Positions 55,397 to 64,000 of a stretch of DNA of 64,000 nucleotides are shown piece after piece (the first letter of the stretch is position 1; the number at the start of each line of letters is the position of its first letter). Source of the DNA: an uncultured Bacteroidota bacterium (GTDB lineage Bacteria > Bacteroidota > Ignavibacteria > UBA10030 > UBA6906); the NCBI GenBank assembly GCA_963700635.1, contig CAVOYH010000004.1:608001-672000 (forward strand), read 5' to 3'. The notes under the pieces were generated by a model, which saw only the letters and a program-made list of their open reading frames with translations, ran no database searches and was not told where the DNA came from. A program made the position numbers and the translations under genes.

Positions 55397-55819
55397 ATGA
55401 CAACCGAGGCACTTACCCGGTTCGGCGTTTCCATCGCGGCCGATCTTATCAAGAAGTTCGATCATTACATTTCCCGTGCTGGCTACAGGACGAGGTCGGA
55501 GGCCATCCGTGACCTCATCCGGGCCCGACTGGTGGACGAGGGAGCGCAGGACGCAGATGCGCTGGCGACCGGCGTTTTGTCGCTGGTGTACGACCACCAT
55601 AGGCGTGAGTTGGAAGACCATCTTACCGACCTCCAGCATGATCATCACGAACTGATCATCGCCACCACCCATGTCCATCTGGATCATCACAACTGTCTGG
55701 AAGTGGTGCTGCTGAAGGGGACCGTTGGGAAGATCCGGGATATCGGAGCGGCTCTGGCCAGCTTCAAAGGAGTGAAGTTTAGTAGTCTCAACCTGGTCAC
55801 GACACGTGAACTTACCTGA
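55397..55819 (+). CDS. nikR: Nickel-responsive regulator
   Basis: RFGVSI ribbon, RSEAIRDLIR, YDHH, QHDHH, HVHLDHHNCLEV. Confidence 0.95.
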   Translation: MTTEALTRFGVSIAADLIKKFDHYISRAGYRTRSEAIRDLIRARLVDEGAQDADALATGVLSLVYDHHRRELEDHLTDLQHDHHELIIATTHVHLDHHNCLEVVLLKGTVGKIRDIGAALASFKGVKFSSLNLVTTRELT

Positions 55820-55836
55820 CCGGGGGGGGGGCGCCT

Positions 55837-56382
55837 GTGAAGATACAGTTTCCGGTTCGGGGCGGCGGATTAACCGGACGTGAACTTGCGTTCGGGGCTT
55901 TGTTCGGTGCAGCGGCTCTTGTGTTCCCGTTTTTTTTCCATGTGCTCCACCTTGGCCATGTGTTCATGCCGATGTATATTCCACTCATGGCTCTCCCGTT
56001 TTTTGTCCGGCCCCGTGTGGCATTGCTGGTCGCGATACTTGTGCCGATCCTGTCGGGGCTTCTGACTGGCATGCCCCCGTTCTTCCCTCCGGTCGCGCCG
56101 GTGATGGCTATCGAGGTGGGATGCATGGCCTTTCTTCTCGGCTTCCTGCGGAACCGCTGGCCGGAAGTGCGGGTACTATTCCATCTTGTTCCCGTGTTAC
56201 TGCTGGGGAGAATCCTGAACCCTTCACTTCTCTATGTATCCTCGCTCTGGCTGGAACTGCCCGCCGGGTTCCTGGCGGGAATTTCATTTATCGCCGGGTG
56301 GCCGGGTGTTTTCCTGATTCTCGTTGTGTTGCCGCGAATAGCACGTTTGCACACGAGCGTGAGGGAGGTTCATGAACACTGA
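55837..56382 (+). CDS. ECF transporter substrate-binding S component
   Basis: P..FH..G.VF.PM.IP, P.LS.LLTGMP..P, E, LLGR, G.PG motifs. Confidence 0.78.
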   Translation: MKIQFPVRGGGLTGRELAFGALFGAAALVFPFFFHVLHLGHVFMPMYIPLMALPFFVRPRVALLVAILVPILSGLLTGMPPFFPPVAPVMAIEVGCMAFLLGFLRNRWPEVRVLFHLVPVLLLGRILNPSLLYVSSLWLELPAGFLAGISFIAGWPGVFLILVVLPRIARLHTSVREVHEH

Positions 56383-56983
56383 ACATTCACGTCGGGAATA
56401 TTTTGAAGAACTCTCTGAGCGGTGGGACGGGTTCACTGACGGTGACCGTGTGAAAAGGACGTTAAAAAGTGTCCTGTCTGATCTCCCGATTGCTCCCGCC
56501 GAGCATATCGTCGATCTCGGTTGCGGAACAGGAAATCTCACTTCCGTTCTGATGGATATCCTCGGGCCTGCAGGAACCGTGACGGCGATTGACTATTGTG
56601 AATCGATGATCGAAGTTGCGCGTGCCAAGATCGGCGATGAGCGTGTGCGATGGCTTGTGGCTGACGCTGTATGGCTTCCCCTGGACGAGAGCAGTGTGGA
56701 TCGTGTAGTCTGTTTCAGCGCCTGGCCGCATTTTCCCGACCCGGCTGCCGTCACACGCGAGCTCTCCCGTGTGCTGGGGCCGGGAGGCATGCTCCATATT
56801 GTGCATATTGACTCGCGTGATAGAATTAATGCCATTCACGGAGGTGTGGGTGGCGCTATCGGCCGGGATCTCCTGCCCCCCGCTCATGAACTTGCCGGAT
56901 TGTTGACAGACCTCGGGTTTGCCGTGTATGAAGTCATTGATACCGGGGCAGAGTACAGGATAGGAGCGGAAAGGGTGGCATGA
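56372..56983 (+). CDS. Class I SAM-dependent methyltransferase
   Basis: VDLGCGTG, FSAWPHF, L.PGG, R..IN..H. Confidence 0.88.
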   Translation: MNTEHSRREYFEELSERWDGFTDGDRVKRTLKSVLSDLPIAPAEHIVDLGCGTGNLTSVLMDILGPAGTVTAIDYCESMIEVARAKIGDERVRWLVADAVWLPLDESSVDRVVCFSAWPHFPDPAAVTRELSRVLGPGGMLHIVHIDSRDRINAIHGGVGGAIGRDLLPPAHELAGLLTDLGFAVYEVIDTGAEYRIGAERVA

Positions 56984-57648
56984 GAGGGGATCACAGGAAT
57001 CAGCCGCAACCGTTTGTCCGGCTCATCGGTGCTGGCATCCTTCTTTGCGGATGTCTGTGCGCCGACCATAAGACAGCGGGCGGCATCGTGGCGCTCCCGG
57101 CAGTGGCGATATTGAGTGTTGTTCTTAATCAGATCGGGGTCCGAGCGGTGGTGAAACTGATCCTGGCCGGAGGGATCTTCTATGCTCCGATGGTCTTCCT
57201 CGCATCGCCAGGGATCGCCATCAAAGGACTCTCAGCCACGGTTGTCGGCTTGGCGACGTTCACTTCCCTGGGATCCCAGGCACTCCATGATGGAATACTC
57301 CGATTGCCACTCCCCACAGTTGTCAGATTACTCGTTCTGCAGATGGTGCATCAGACCGCAGTCCTTCGGCGGGAGACGCTGTGTATACACCAAGCTCTCG
57401 TCGTCCGGGGTGGTGTGCATGGAATACGGGGCATATGGGAGTTTGGAAAAGCTCTTCCCCTGGTCTGGGTCCCGCGTGTGGTGTTCCGCGCGGAACGGGT
57501 AGGCATGGCGATGGAGATGCGGGAGTATGGAGCCATCCTCCCAACTTTGCCGGCGGTCTCCTGGAGGGGCCGCGACATCGCCCTGCTGGTTTGCACTTCC
57601 GGGATCGCCATGGCTGCTGTATATCTTTCCGGGTTTGTAGCGGGATGA
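56980..57648 (+). CDS. ECF transporter T component (EcfT/CbiQ-like)
   Basis: TM segments, A...RG and RAERV..AME.R.Y motifs. Confidence 0.75.
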   Translation: MRGDHRNQPQPFVRLIGAGILLCGCLCADHKTAGGIVALPAVAILSVVLNQIGVRAVVKLILAGGIFYAPMVFLASPGIAIKGLSATVVGLATFTSLGSQALHDGILRLPLPTVVRLLVLQMVHQTAVLRRETLCIHQALVVRGGVHGIRGIWEFGKALPLVWVPRVVFRAERVGMAMEMREYGAILPTLPAVSWRGRDIALLVCTSGIAMAAVYLSGFVAG

Positions 57649-58331
57649 AGGACAACAAGGTAATGCTGCACTTCGAGAATGTTACCGTTCGCCATCATGG
57701 AAGCCGGTCTGATGCTGTTCGGAATTGTTCCCTGGGTATCAACGCAGGTGAGCACGTTGCACTGCTAGGTCTGAACGGGTCAGGAAAAACCAGCGTCCTG
57801 ATGGCGGCGGCCGGGCTGCTTCCGTATGAAGGTACAATCCACGTCGACGGCATCAGGCTGAGGGATGATTCCCTGGGCGCGGTTCGCCGGAAGCTGGGGG
57901 TTCTGTTTTCCACGCCGGAAGATCAGTTGTTGTTTCCGAGAGTGGCGGACGATGTGGCATTCAGTCTGATGCGGCAGGGGGTGGATCATGGTGAAGCACA
58001 ACGGCGGTCCGAACAGATCCTCATCGCGATGGGTATCGGAGAACTCAAGGATGCCGCGCCGTATGAACTTTCCCATGGTCAAAAGATGCGTGTGGCGCTG
58101 GCGGGCGCACTCGTCCATGAACCGGGATTACTTCTTCTCGACGAACCTTCAAGCGCGCTCGACCCGCCCGGAAAGCGTGCCCTGTCCGCCCTTCTGGACT
58201 CGTACTCCTCAACGATGCTCATCGCGACCCATGACCTCGCGTTCGCTGAGGAATGCTGTACACGGTACATTTTGCTGGATGCGGGTAGGGTCGCCAGGGA
58301 TACGGCCCGGATGGAAGAGATAACGCTGTGA
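57645..58331 (+). CDS. ECF transporter ATPase (EcfA/CbiO-like)
   Basis: GLNGSGKT, PEDQL, LSHGQK, LLDEP, ATHD. Confidence 0.9.
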   Translation: MKDNKVMLHFENVTVRHHGSRSDAVRNCSLGINAGEHVALLGLNGSGKTSVLMAAAGLLPYEGTIHVDGIRLRDDSLGAVRRKLGVLFSTPEDQLLFPRVADDVAFSLMRQGVDHGEAQRRSEQILIAMGIGELKDAAPYELSHGQKMRVALAGALVHEPGLLLLDEPSSALDPPGKRALSALLDSYSSTMLIATHDLAFAEECCTRYILLDAGRVARDTARMEEITL

Positions 58332-58348
58332 GGGGAGAAGTATGGACC

Positions 58349-59989
58349 CTACCTGCACACCTGCTTAAACACCCGCAGGTAGTTCTCTCCGAGGATCTTA
58401 TGCACGTCGGAGATGCTGTACCCGCGCCTCAGAAGTGCGGCGGTCAGGTTCGGCATTTTTGACACGTCTTCCAATCCCACCGGCACTGTCTCGATACCGT
58501 CATAGTCCGATCCGATCGCCACATAGTCAACGCCCACACGGTTCTTGATGTAGTCGATATGCCTTACGACAGTGTCAATGTTTACGCCGCCGCGCGAGGA
58601 GAGAAAGGGTGGATAAAAGACAACACCAATCACGCCGCCGCGCCCTGCGATGCTGTCGATCTGGACGTCGGTGAGGTTGCGGTAGTGATTGTTGAGCGCC
58701 CGGACTCCGGAGTGTGACGCGATGATAGGGTTTTTTGTTGTTGCCAGTATATCCGTTATCGTCCGGATGCCCGTATGGGACACATCAATGATCATGCCGA
58801 GGGTATCCATCGTCCTGATCACCTGCCTCCCAAAATCAGAAAGTCCAACCGTTGCAGACCGGCTATCCTGGGCAGAGACCGCCCAGGGGAGGCTGTTGTT
58901 CCAGGTGATTGTCAGATAGCGGGCGCCCAGGTCATAGAATGTTTTGAGCTTTGTGATGTCGTTCTCGATGGCATGCCCGCCTTCCACCGCCAGCACGCCC
59001 GCGAGTTTGCCGGAGGCGTGCACCTGCATCACTTCATCATAGGTCCGTGCCTGAGCCAGTGCCGACGGGTTCTGCCTGATCTGACTGTTGAAGGTATCGA
59101 CCATTGCGATCGTGTAGGAATAATACGGATGTGCAACGGAGTCGCGCCAGTCGGTCCACAGAGCGAACATCTGGGCATCCATGCCACCCTCGCGGAAGCG
59201 CGGAAGGTCGGATTGGTCCGTGGTGTGCCGGATTCCGAGCTGGTATCCGACCACCGCCTTTTCCATAACGTCGTTGTGGAGATCAAACAGGAATGCATGT
59301 TCATGCACGGTCTCGAGCTGCACGTCAAACACCGCGCTGCCCTGAAGGAGCGTGTGCACCGTATCCGGCATGTAGAGCAGTTTTGAAACGACGATGGAAA
59401 ATGCTGTCGCGGTTCCCCTCGCAAGAGAAGTCTCCCTTGCACGGCGACCGCTCGTGAGAACATTACCCAGTCCGCCGCCCCCGTGTCCGTCGAGTTGAAC
59501 CATCTTCCGGATGATACGTGTCTCGCCGAAGCTGATGGAGTAGAACAGCACTCCCGCCGCACCTTTGCTGGTCCAGTCCACCGAATGATCCCCTCCCTCA
59601 AGCACAACGGTTTTCTCATCCAAACGCTGGCCGATTGACGTGTACACAGCGAGAGTCACCGTTCCCGGGCCCGGTGTGGAAAACATAATGTGTGTTGAGG
59701 GATTAAAGGGGTTTGGATAGTTCTGTTCGACGGAAAAACTCCCCGGGACTTCCGGCTCCCCATCGACTGCCGTCAGGGCGAACGTGTACGACCAGAGGCC
59801 GAGCGCGTTTGTAAAGACCGAATACCGTTCGGCAGGGGCGGTCTCGTTGATGATCACGACCGCGGCGGAATCGATCGGCGTGAGGGATGACTTGTGTTTC
59901 ACCGAGCCGGAGAGAGTGATCGTCTCTGCCGATCCGGCAAGAGGAACAAGGAGTCCGAGCCCGATGCTCAAGGCGATACGTGTATTCAT
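58349..59989 (-). CDS. Secreted membrane dipeptidase (M19) with N-terminal Ig-like and sorting-type domains
   Basis: DLHND, VEGGH, LTITWN, IDVSH, ASHS, RN, GSDYDG; internal QNYPNPFNPST. Confidence 0.88.
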   Translation of the reverse strand: MNTRIALSIGLGLLVPLAGSAETITLSGSVKHKSSLTPIDSAAVVIINETAPAERYSVFTNALGLWSYTFALTAVDGEPEVPGSFSVEQNYPNPFNPSTHIMFSTPGPGTVTLAVYTSIGQRLDEKTVVLEGGDHSVDWTSKGAAGVLFYSISFGETRIIRKMVQLDGHGGGGLGNVLTSGRRARETSLARGTATAFSIVVSKLLYMPDTVHTLLQGSAVFDVQLETVHEHAFLFDLHNDVMEKAVVGYQLGIRHTTDQSDLPRFREGGMDAQMFALWTDWRDSVAHPYYSYTIAMVDTFNSQIRQNPSALAQARTYDEVMQVHASGKLAGVLAVEGGHAIENDITKLKTFYDLGARYLTITWNNSLPWAVSAQDSRSATVGLSDFGRQVIRTMDTLGMIIDVSHTGIRTITDILATTKNPIIASHSGVRALNNHYRNLTDVQIDSIAGRGGVIGVVFYPPFLSSRGGVNIDTVVRHIDYIKNRVGVDYVAIGSDYDGIETVPVGLEDVSKMPNLTAALLRRGYSISDVHKILGENYLRVFKQVCR

Positions 59990-60043
59990 CAGAGTACTCC
60001 TTCTCCTGCGCTGACCCTGCGGGCTCTGTGTCTGGTGCCTGTG

Positions 60044-60658
60044 TTATTTAACAATCCGCTCGACCAGGTCGTCACGGTCCACGATGGAATTTTCTCCCAT
60101 CCAGATCGACCATAACACACGGGCAAATGTCGTATTCATTATGGCAGGATGGTCCGTTCCCTGCGTCTGAGCGAGGATCGTCCCGCCCGGGAGCCACTGC
60201 AGGACAAACCGGTCGTCCTCTTTGACGTCTTTCGCAAAATACCCCAGGAACTTCTCGACCATGGGGGCGATTTCCTTGGATTCCGCTGCAGTGGCATTCT
60301 CCTTAAATCCATCGCGGTATGCATCCTGGATTTTCGCCACATCCACGTCCCGGACAAACTCCATGGTAATTTGCCTGGCCTTGCCGTCAACCAGCATCGC
60401 GGCAAGCACATCATCTTCCTTCCCCATCACGGGGTCCTGCGTATAGTGCGCTATCCCGTACACCTTGATGAAGAACTTTTTGCGGACGGCCGTGCCCGTA
60501 AGCATCACCTCATACGACTTGCCTTCGTAGTTGATCGTCACCTGGACCGGGAACATCTTCTCAGTGGAGGGCTCCTTGACGGTGTTCTGGGCTCTCGACG
60601 AAACGAGTAGGATGCAGGTCAGGCATAACATGGTGAATCCGGTGAAGAGAGTTTTCAT
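60044..60658 (-). CDS. Chalcone isomerase-like exported protein
   Basis: FP..V..L.G.AVRKKFFIKVY..A.Y, FVRDV, SIW.G. Confidence 0.82.
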   Translation of the reverse strand: MKTLFTGFTMLCLTCILLVSSRAQNTVKEPSTEKMFPVQVTINYEGKSYEVMLTGTAVRKKFFIKVYGIAHYTQDPVMGKEDDVLAAMLVDGKARQITMEFVRDVDVAKIQDAYRDGFKENATAAESKEIAPMVEKFLGYFAKDVKEDDRFVLQWLPGGTILAQTQGTDHPAIMNTTFARVLWSIWMGENSIVDRDDLVERIVK

Positions 60659-60743
60659 GGTGACTCCTTGAACGTGAAAGGGGAGGGGGTGGGACATTGT
60701 ACGGAGTTCCTGCAGGAGAAGCAACAGACGTCGCGAAGCCCTT

Positions 60744-60772
60744 TTGCAATTGTCGGATCCTATTACTACCAT
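60744..60772 (+). promoter_or_regulatory. Putative sigma70 promoter of rhaA
   Basis: TTGCAA-N17-TACCAT. Confidence 0.5.
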
Positions 60773-60849
60773 CAATACTGGACAACCTCTTCCCCGGCTG
60801 GCGTGGGTGGTCACTTGACAACCTCAGAATCACGAATCGGATTTCCTCC

Positions 60850-62121
60850 ATGAACACAACAATCAAACTTGACACGGCGTATGCGAACGCCCGCGAGCAG
60901 TATGCGGCTCTGGGTGTCGATGTGGATCAGGCCCTGAGTGCCCTGCGCTCGATAACGTTGTCCCTGCATTGCTGGCAGGGCGACGACGTGCGTGGTTTTG
61001 AACACAAACCGGAAGCGGCTTCCTCCGGCGGCATCCAGGTGACGGGCGGGTATCCGGGTGCCGCACGGACGATCGAAGAGCTCCGGAAGGATCTCCTGGA
61101 AGCGTACGGGCTTATTCCGGGGTCCCACCGTCTGAACCTTCACGCCATGTACGGTGACTTCGGCGGCAAGGTCGTCGACCGGGATCAAATCGAGCCGTCT
61201 CACTTCAGGAGCTGGATAGACTGGTGCAGGGAAAATCGGCTGGGACTGGATTTTAACGCTACCTGCTTCGGGCATCCACGGGCGGACAGCGGATTCACGC
61301 TGAGCAGCACCGATACCGGGACCCGGGACTTCTGGATCGAACATGTCCGCCGCTGCCGGGAAATCGGCGCGGTAATCGGGAAAACGCTCGGGACGGCGTG
61401 TGTCCATAATTTGTGGATCCCGGATGGCGCAAAGGATGTTACCGTACGCCGGCACCTGCATCGCTCAATCCTGAGGGATTCACTCGATACCATCTATGCC
61501 CGGCCCTACGACCCGGAAGACCTGCGCGATGCCGTCGAGAGCAAGCTGTTCGGAATCGGGAGTGAGTCCTTTGTCGTCGGGTCTCATGAATTTTATCTGG
61601 GGTACGCCCTGCGGAACCGGTTGATGCTCTGCCTCGACATGGGACATTTCCACCCGACCGAATCGGTGGCAGACAAGATCTCAGCGCTCCTGCAGTACAT
61701 GGATGATCTACTTCTCCATGTGAGCAGGGGTGTACGGTGGGACAGCGATCATGTGGTAATCGTGAATGACGATGTCACCGCCCTTGCGGAGGAGATTGTC
61801 CGGGCGGACGCACTGAACCGGGTCCGGATAGCGCTGGATTTCTTTGATGCAAGTTTGAACCGTATTGGTGCGTGGGTCCTTGGCTCACGGGCCACGCTGA
61901 AGGCACTACTTCGTGCACTCCTCGAACCCCGTGACCGGCTCCGATCGCTTGAAGCCGATGGTAATCTTTTTGCCAGAATGGCGCTGCTGGAAGACCTCAA
62001 GACCATGCCGATGGGCGCGATCTGGGACGCCTACTGCCATCAGGAGGGTGTTCCGACCGGCGAAGCCCTCCGCGGGGCCATACATTCCTATGAAACAAAG
62101 GTGCTTGCGCACCGTGGATAA
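60850..62121 (+). CDS. rhaA: L-rhamnose isomerase
   Basis: SLHCWQGDDV, RLNLHA, WIPDG, ESKLFGIG, GHFHPTE, RWDSDH, DFFDAS. Confidence 0.95.
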   Translation: MNTTIKLDTAYANAREQYAALGVDVDQALSALRSITLSLHCWQGDDVRGFEHKPEAASSGGIQVTGGYPGAARTIEELRKDLLEAYGLIPGSHRLNLHAMYGDFGGKVVDRDQIEPSHFRSWIDWCRENRLGLDFNATCFGHPRADSGFTLSSTDTGTRDFWIEHVRRCREIGAVIGKTLGTACVHNLWIPDGAKDVTVRRHLHRSILRDSLDTIYARPYDPEDLRDAVESKLFGIGSESFVVGSHEFYLGYALRNRLMLCLDMGHFHPTESVADKISALLQYMDDLLLHVSRGVRWDSDHVVIVNDDVTALAEEIVRADALNRVRIALDFFDASLNRIGAWVLGSRATLKALLRALLEPRDRLRSLEADGNLFARMALLEDLKTMPMGAIWDAYCHQEGVPTGEALRGAIHSYETKVLAHRG

Positions 62122-62746
62122 AACACACGCGAAACCGCAATGGCTGGCCTGGGCGAGAGAATTGCAGGCCATGGCGCAGACGGGCCTGACGTTTGCCGGC
62201 GGAGAATACGATCTTGCGCGTTACCGCCGGTTGATGGAGATCGCGGCAGATATGGTGGCTCAGTCGGCAATGATCGCCGCCGAGCCGGTTGTTGAGGACT
62301 TTCTCCAGCAGCCGGGCTATGCCACGCCGAAGGTGGATGTGCGCGGTGCGGTCGTTCGCGATAACCGGATCCTGCTTGTCCAGGAGCGCTCAGATGGGCG
62401 CTGGTGCATGCCGGGAGGATGGGCCGATGTCGACGAACTCCCGTCCGCGATGGTGGTCAGGGAAGTGTTCGAAGAAAGCGGGATCACGGTCCGCCCCCGA
62501 AAAGTCATCGGAGTCTTTGACGCAAACCGGAGCGGCATGCCCCGGGCATTTTATCATGCCTACAAAGTGGTGTTCCTTTGCGACCTGCTCGGCGGGGAGG
62601 TTCGCGGAAGTGACGAAACGCTGGACGCCCGGTTCTTCCCATTCAACGACATCCCTCCATTGTCCGTTTCGCGCACACACGAACGGCACCTTCTGGAAAT
62701 CCAGGCGCATCTGGCCGACCCCGCCAGACCCGCAGCGTTTGATTAG
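62114..62746 (+). CDS. Nudix hydrolase with Nudix_N domain (YjhB-like)
   Basis: LQA.AQ.GL, GYATPKVDVR, PGGWAD..REV.EESG. Confidence 0.9.
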   Translation: MDKTHAKPQWLAWARELQAMAQTGLTFAGGEYDLARYRRLMEIAADMVAQSAMIAAEPVVEDFLQQPGYATPKVDVRGAVVRDNRILLVQERSDGRWCMPGGWADVDELPSAMVVREVFEESGITVRPRKVIGVFDANRSGMPRAFYHAYKVVFLCDLLGGEVRGSDETLDARFFPFNDIPPLSVSRTHERHLLEIQAHLADPARPAAFD

Positions 62747-62782
62747 GATCCATCGGTATTCCGCAATCACAGGAGGCCGGCC

Positions 62783-63961
62783 GTGACACACATCCTGCTC
62801 CTCGTCTTTACCCTGCTGTTCGGGGGGACTCAATCATTCGACGAATTCCTCCGGCATCTGGAAACATTGTCTCCGGCGGAGCGCGCCCCCCACGTTGAGA
62901 AGTACCTTGCCGGACGGCGGCTTCCGGTGACGGAGAGTGATACGCTTCTTACCTTTGTGTGGTACGGCAGTGCAGACAGCGTATTCGTGAACGGGTCGCT
63001 GCAAGGCGGGTGGCGCTTCCCGGCACGCCTGCACGCTCTGCCGTGCTCCGGATTGCCCGGCGGCCCTTCTCTGTTCTATAAGAAATACACTGTGCCGCGG
63101 GATGCGCACCTTGAGTATCAGTTTATTGTGGACGGAAAGAGCACGCTGGATCCGGCGAATGTCCGTGTTACCCCCAACGGGGACTTTTCGAATTCGGAAG
63201 TTACGATGCCGGGCTTTGTGCGATCCGTGTACACCATACCCCGCGCTGATGTGCCCCGTGGCACCCTGGATACGCTGCGGTTCACTCCGCGGGATACGAC
63301 GATACACGCACGAACGGTTTTTGTTTACCTCCCTCCGGGGTATTCCGATGCGCACGATCTGCCGAGTCTGTACGTCCACGACGGGGAGACAGCGCTGCGG
63401 TTTATGTTTGTGACCACAATCATGGAGAACATGATTGCTGACAGGGCTCTTGGTCCTGCGATCGTGGTGTTTGTGCCCCCGGCAGAACGGCATGAAGAAT
63501 ACTTGGGAGGGAAGCAGATTCGTTATGCGAATGTTCTGGCCGATGAGCTGGTTCCCCTCATTGACCGGCGCTACCGGACCGCGGCTGCTCCCCAGCAGCG
63601 CGCCACGATGGGGATTTCCAATGGTGGGCACATTGCCTTTGTCGCCGGTCTCGCACGGCCGGATGTGTTCGGATCATGCGGCGGTCAATCATCCACCATC
63701 ACCCCTGTTCTGAGCGTCATCCTGGAGATGAGAAAACGGCATGCTCCGTTGCCTCACTATTTTCGCCTGTATCAGCAGTGCGGGCTGTTTGATATTGTTG
63801 ACCCCGAATATCATTTTCTTGAGCTGAACCGCGGTTTCAGAGACCAATTGTCCGGGCTGGGAATACGGCACATGTTCATAGAGTCCAGCGACGGACACGA
63901 TTGGCCAAGCTGGCGGGAACGGGTTCCCTCATTATTACGTTTCTTCTTCATACCCCATTAA
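62783..63961 (+). CDS. Fes-like alpha/beta hydrolase (putative esterase) with N-terminal Ig/CBM48-like domain
   Basis: EYQF.VDG..DP.N, VYLPPGY, HDG, GISNGG, GHDW..W. Confidence 0.85.
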   Translation: MTHILLLVFTLLFGGTQSFDEFLRHLETLSPAERAPHVEKYLAGRRLPVTESDTLLTFVWYGSADSVFVNGSLQGGWRFPARLHALPCSGLPGGPSLFYKKYTVPRDAHLEYQFIVDGKSTLDPANVRVTPNGDFSNSEVTMPGFVRSVYTIPRADVPRGTLDTLRFTPRDTTIHARTVFVYLPPGYSDAHDLPSLYVHDGETALRFMFVTTIMENMIADRALGPAIVVFVPPAERHEEYLGGKQIRYANVLADELVPLIDRRYRTAAAPQQRATMGISNGGHIAFVAGLARPDVFGSCGGQSSTITPVLSVILEMRKRHAPLPHYFRLYQQCGLFDIVDPEYHFLELNRGFRDQLSGLGIRHMFIESSDGHDWPSWRERVPSLLRFFFIPH

Positions 63962-63977
63962 TCCGAGGAGGTAATTC

Positions 63978-64000
63978 ATGCGGTTGACATTGATGGCGAC
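63978..64000 (+). CDS. Start of a downstream ORF (truncated by the window edge)
   Basis: SD GAGGAGG followed by ATG CGG TTG ACA TTG... Confidence 0.5.

Overview
Chromosomal window from a GC-rich bacterium, probably of the Ignavibacteria/Bacteroidota-Chlorobi group. This is inferred from a 'QNYPNPFNP' sorting-type domain, a fused E1 alpha/beta gene and a Bacteroides/fungal-type IlvC, alongside canonical sigma70 promoters and Shine-Dalgarno sites. In order it holds: two tandem Ser/Thr kinase-TPR genes, tRNA-Asp, an ilvD-ilvBN-leuACDB-ilvE-ilvC operon, a DPP-IV peptidase, ppa, gdhA, a redox/signalling cluster, an lpdA-lipB-E1-E1-E2-lipA cluster, rplM-rpsI-rpsB-tsf-pyrH-frr, psp-like genes, polA, a nikR-ECF transporter operon with a methyltransferase, rhaA and hydrolases. 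The best candidates for undescribed biology are: (1) the 26.3-35.2 kb cluster, with a Tat Fe-S protein, an NrfD protein, a 13-heme cytochrome, a heme-motif sensor kinase with a Cys-rich insert in its ATPase domain, two receiver/GcvH-like fusions (only one keeps the lipoyl Lys) and a bEBP with a degenerate GAFTGA, all next to lipoylation genes; (2) an unannotated Leu/Ile/Val-rich leader peptide with mutually exclusive RNA helices and no intrinsic terminator ahead of the ilv-leu operon. Many genes at 1-9 kb and 23.5-29 kb carry small indels that look like assembly errors. No CRISPR array, rRNA or transposase was seen. All calls are by eye; no searches were run.
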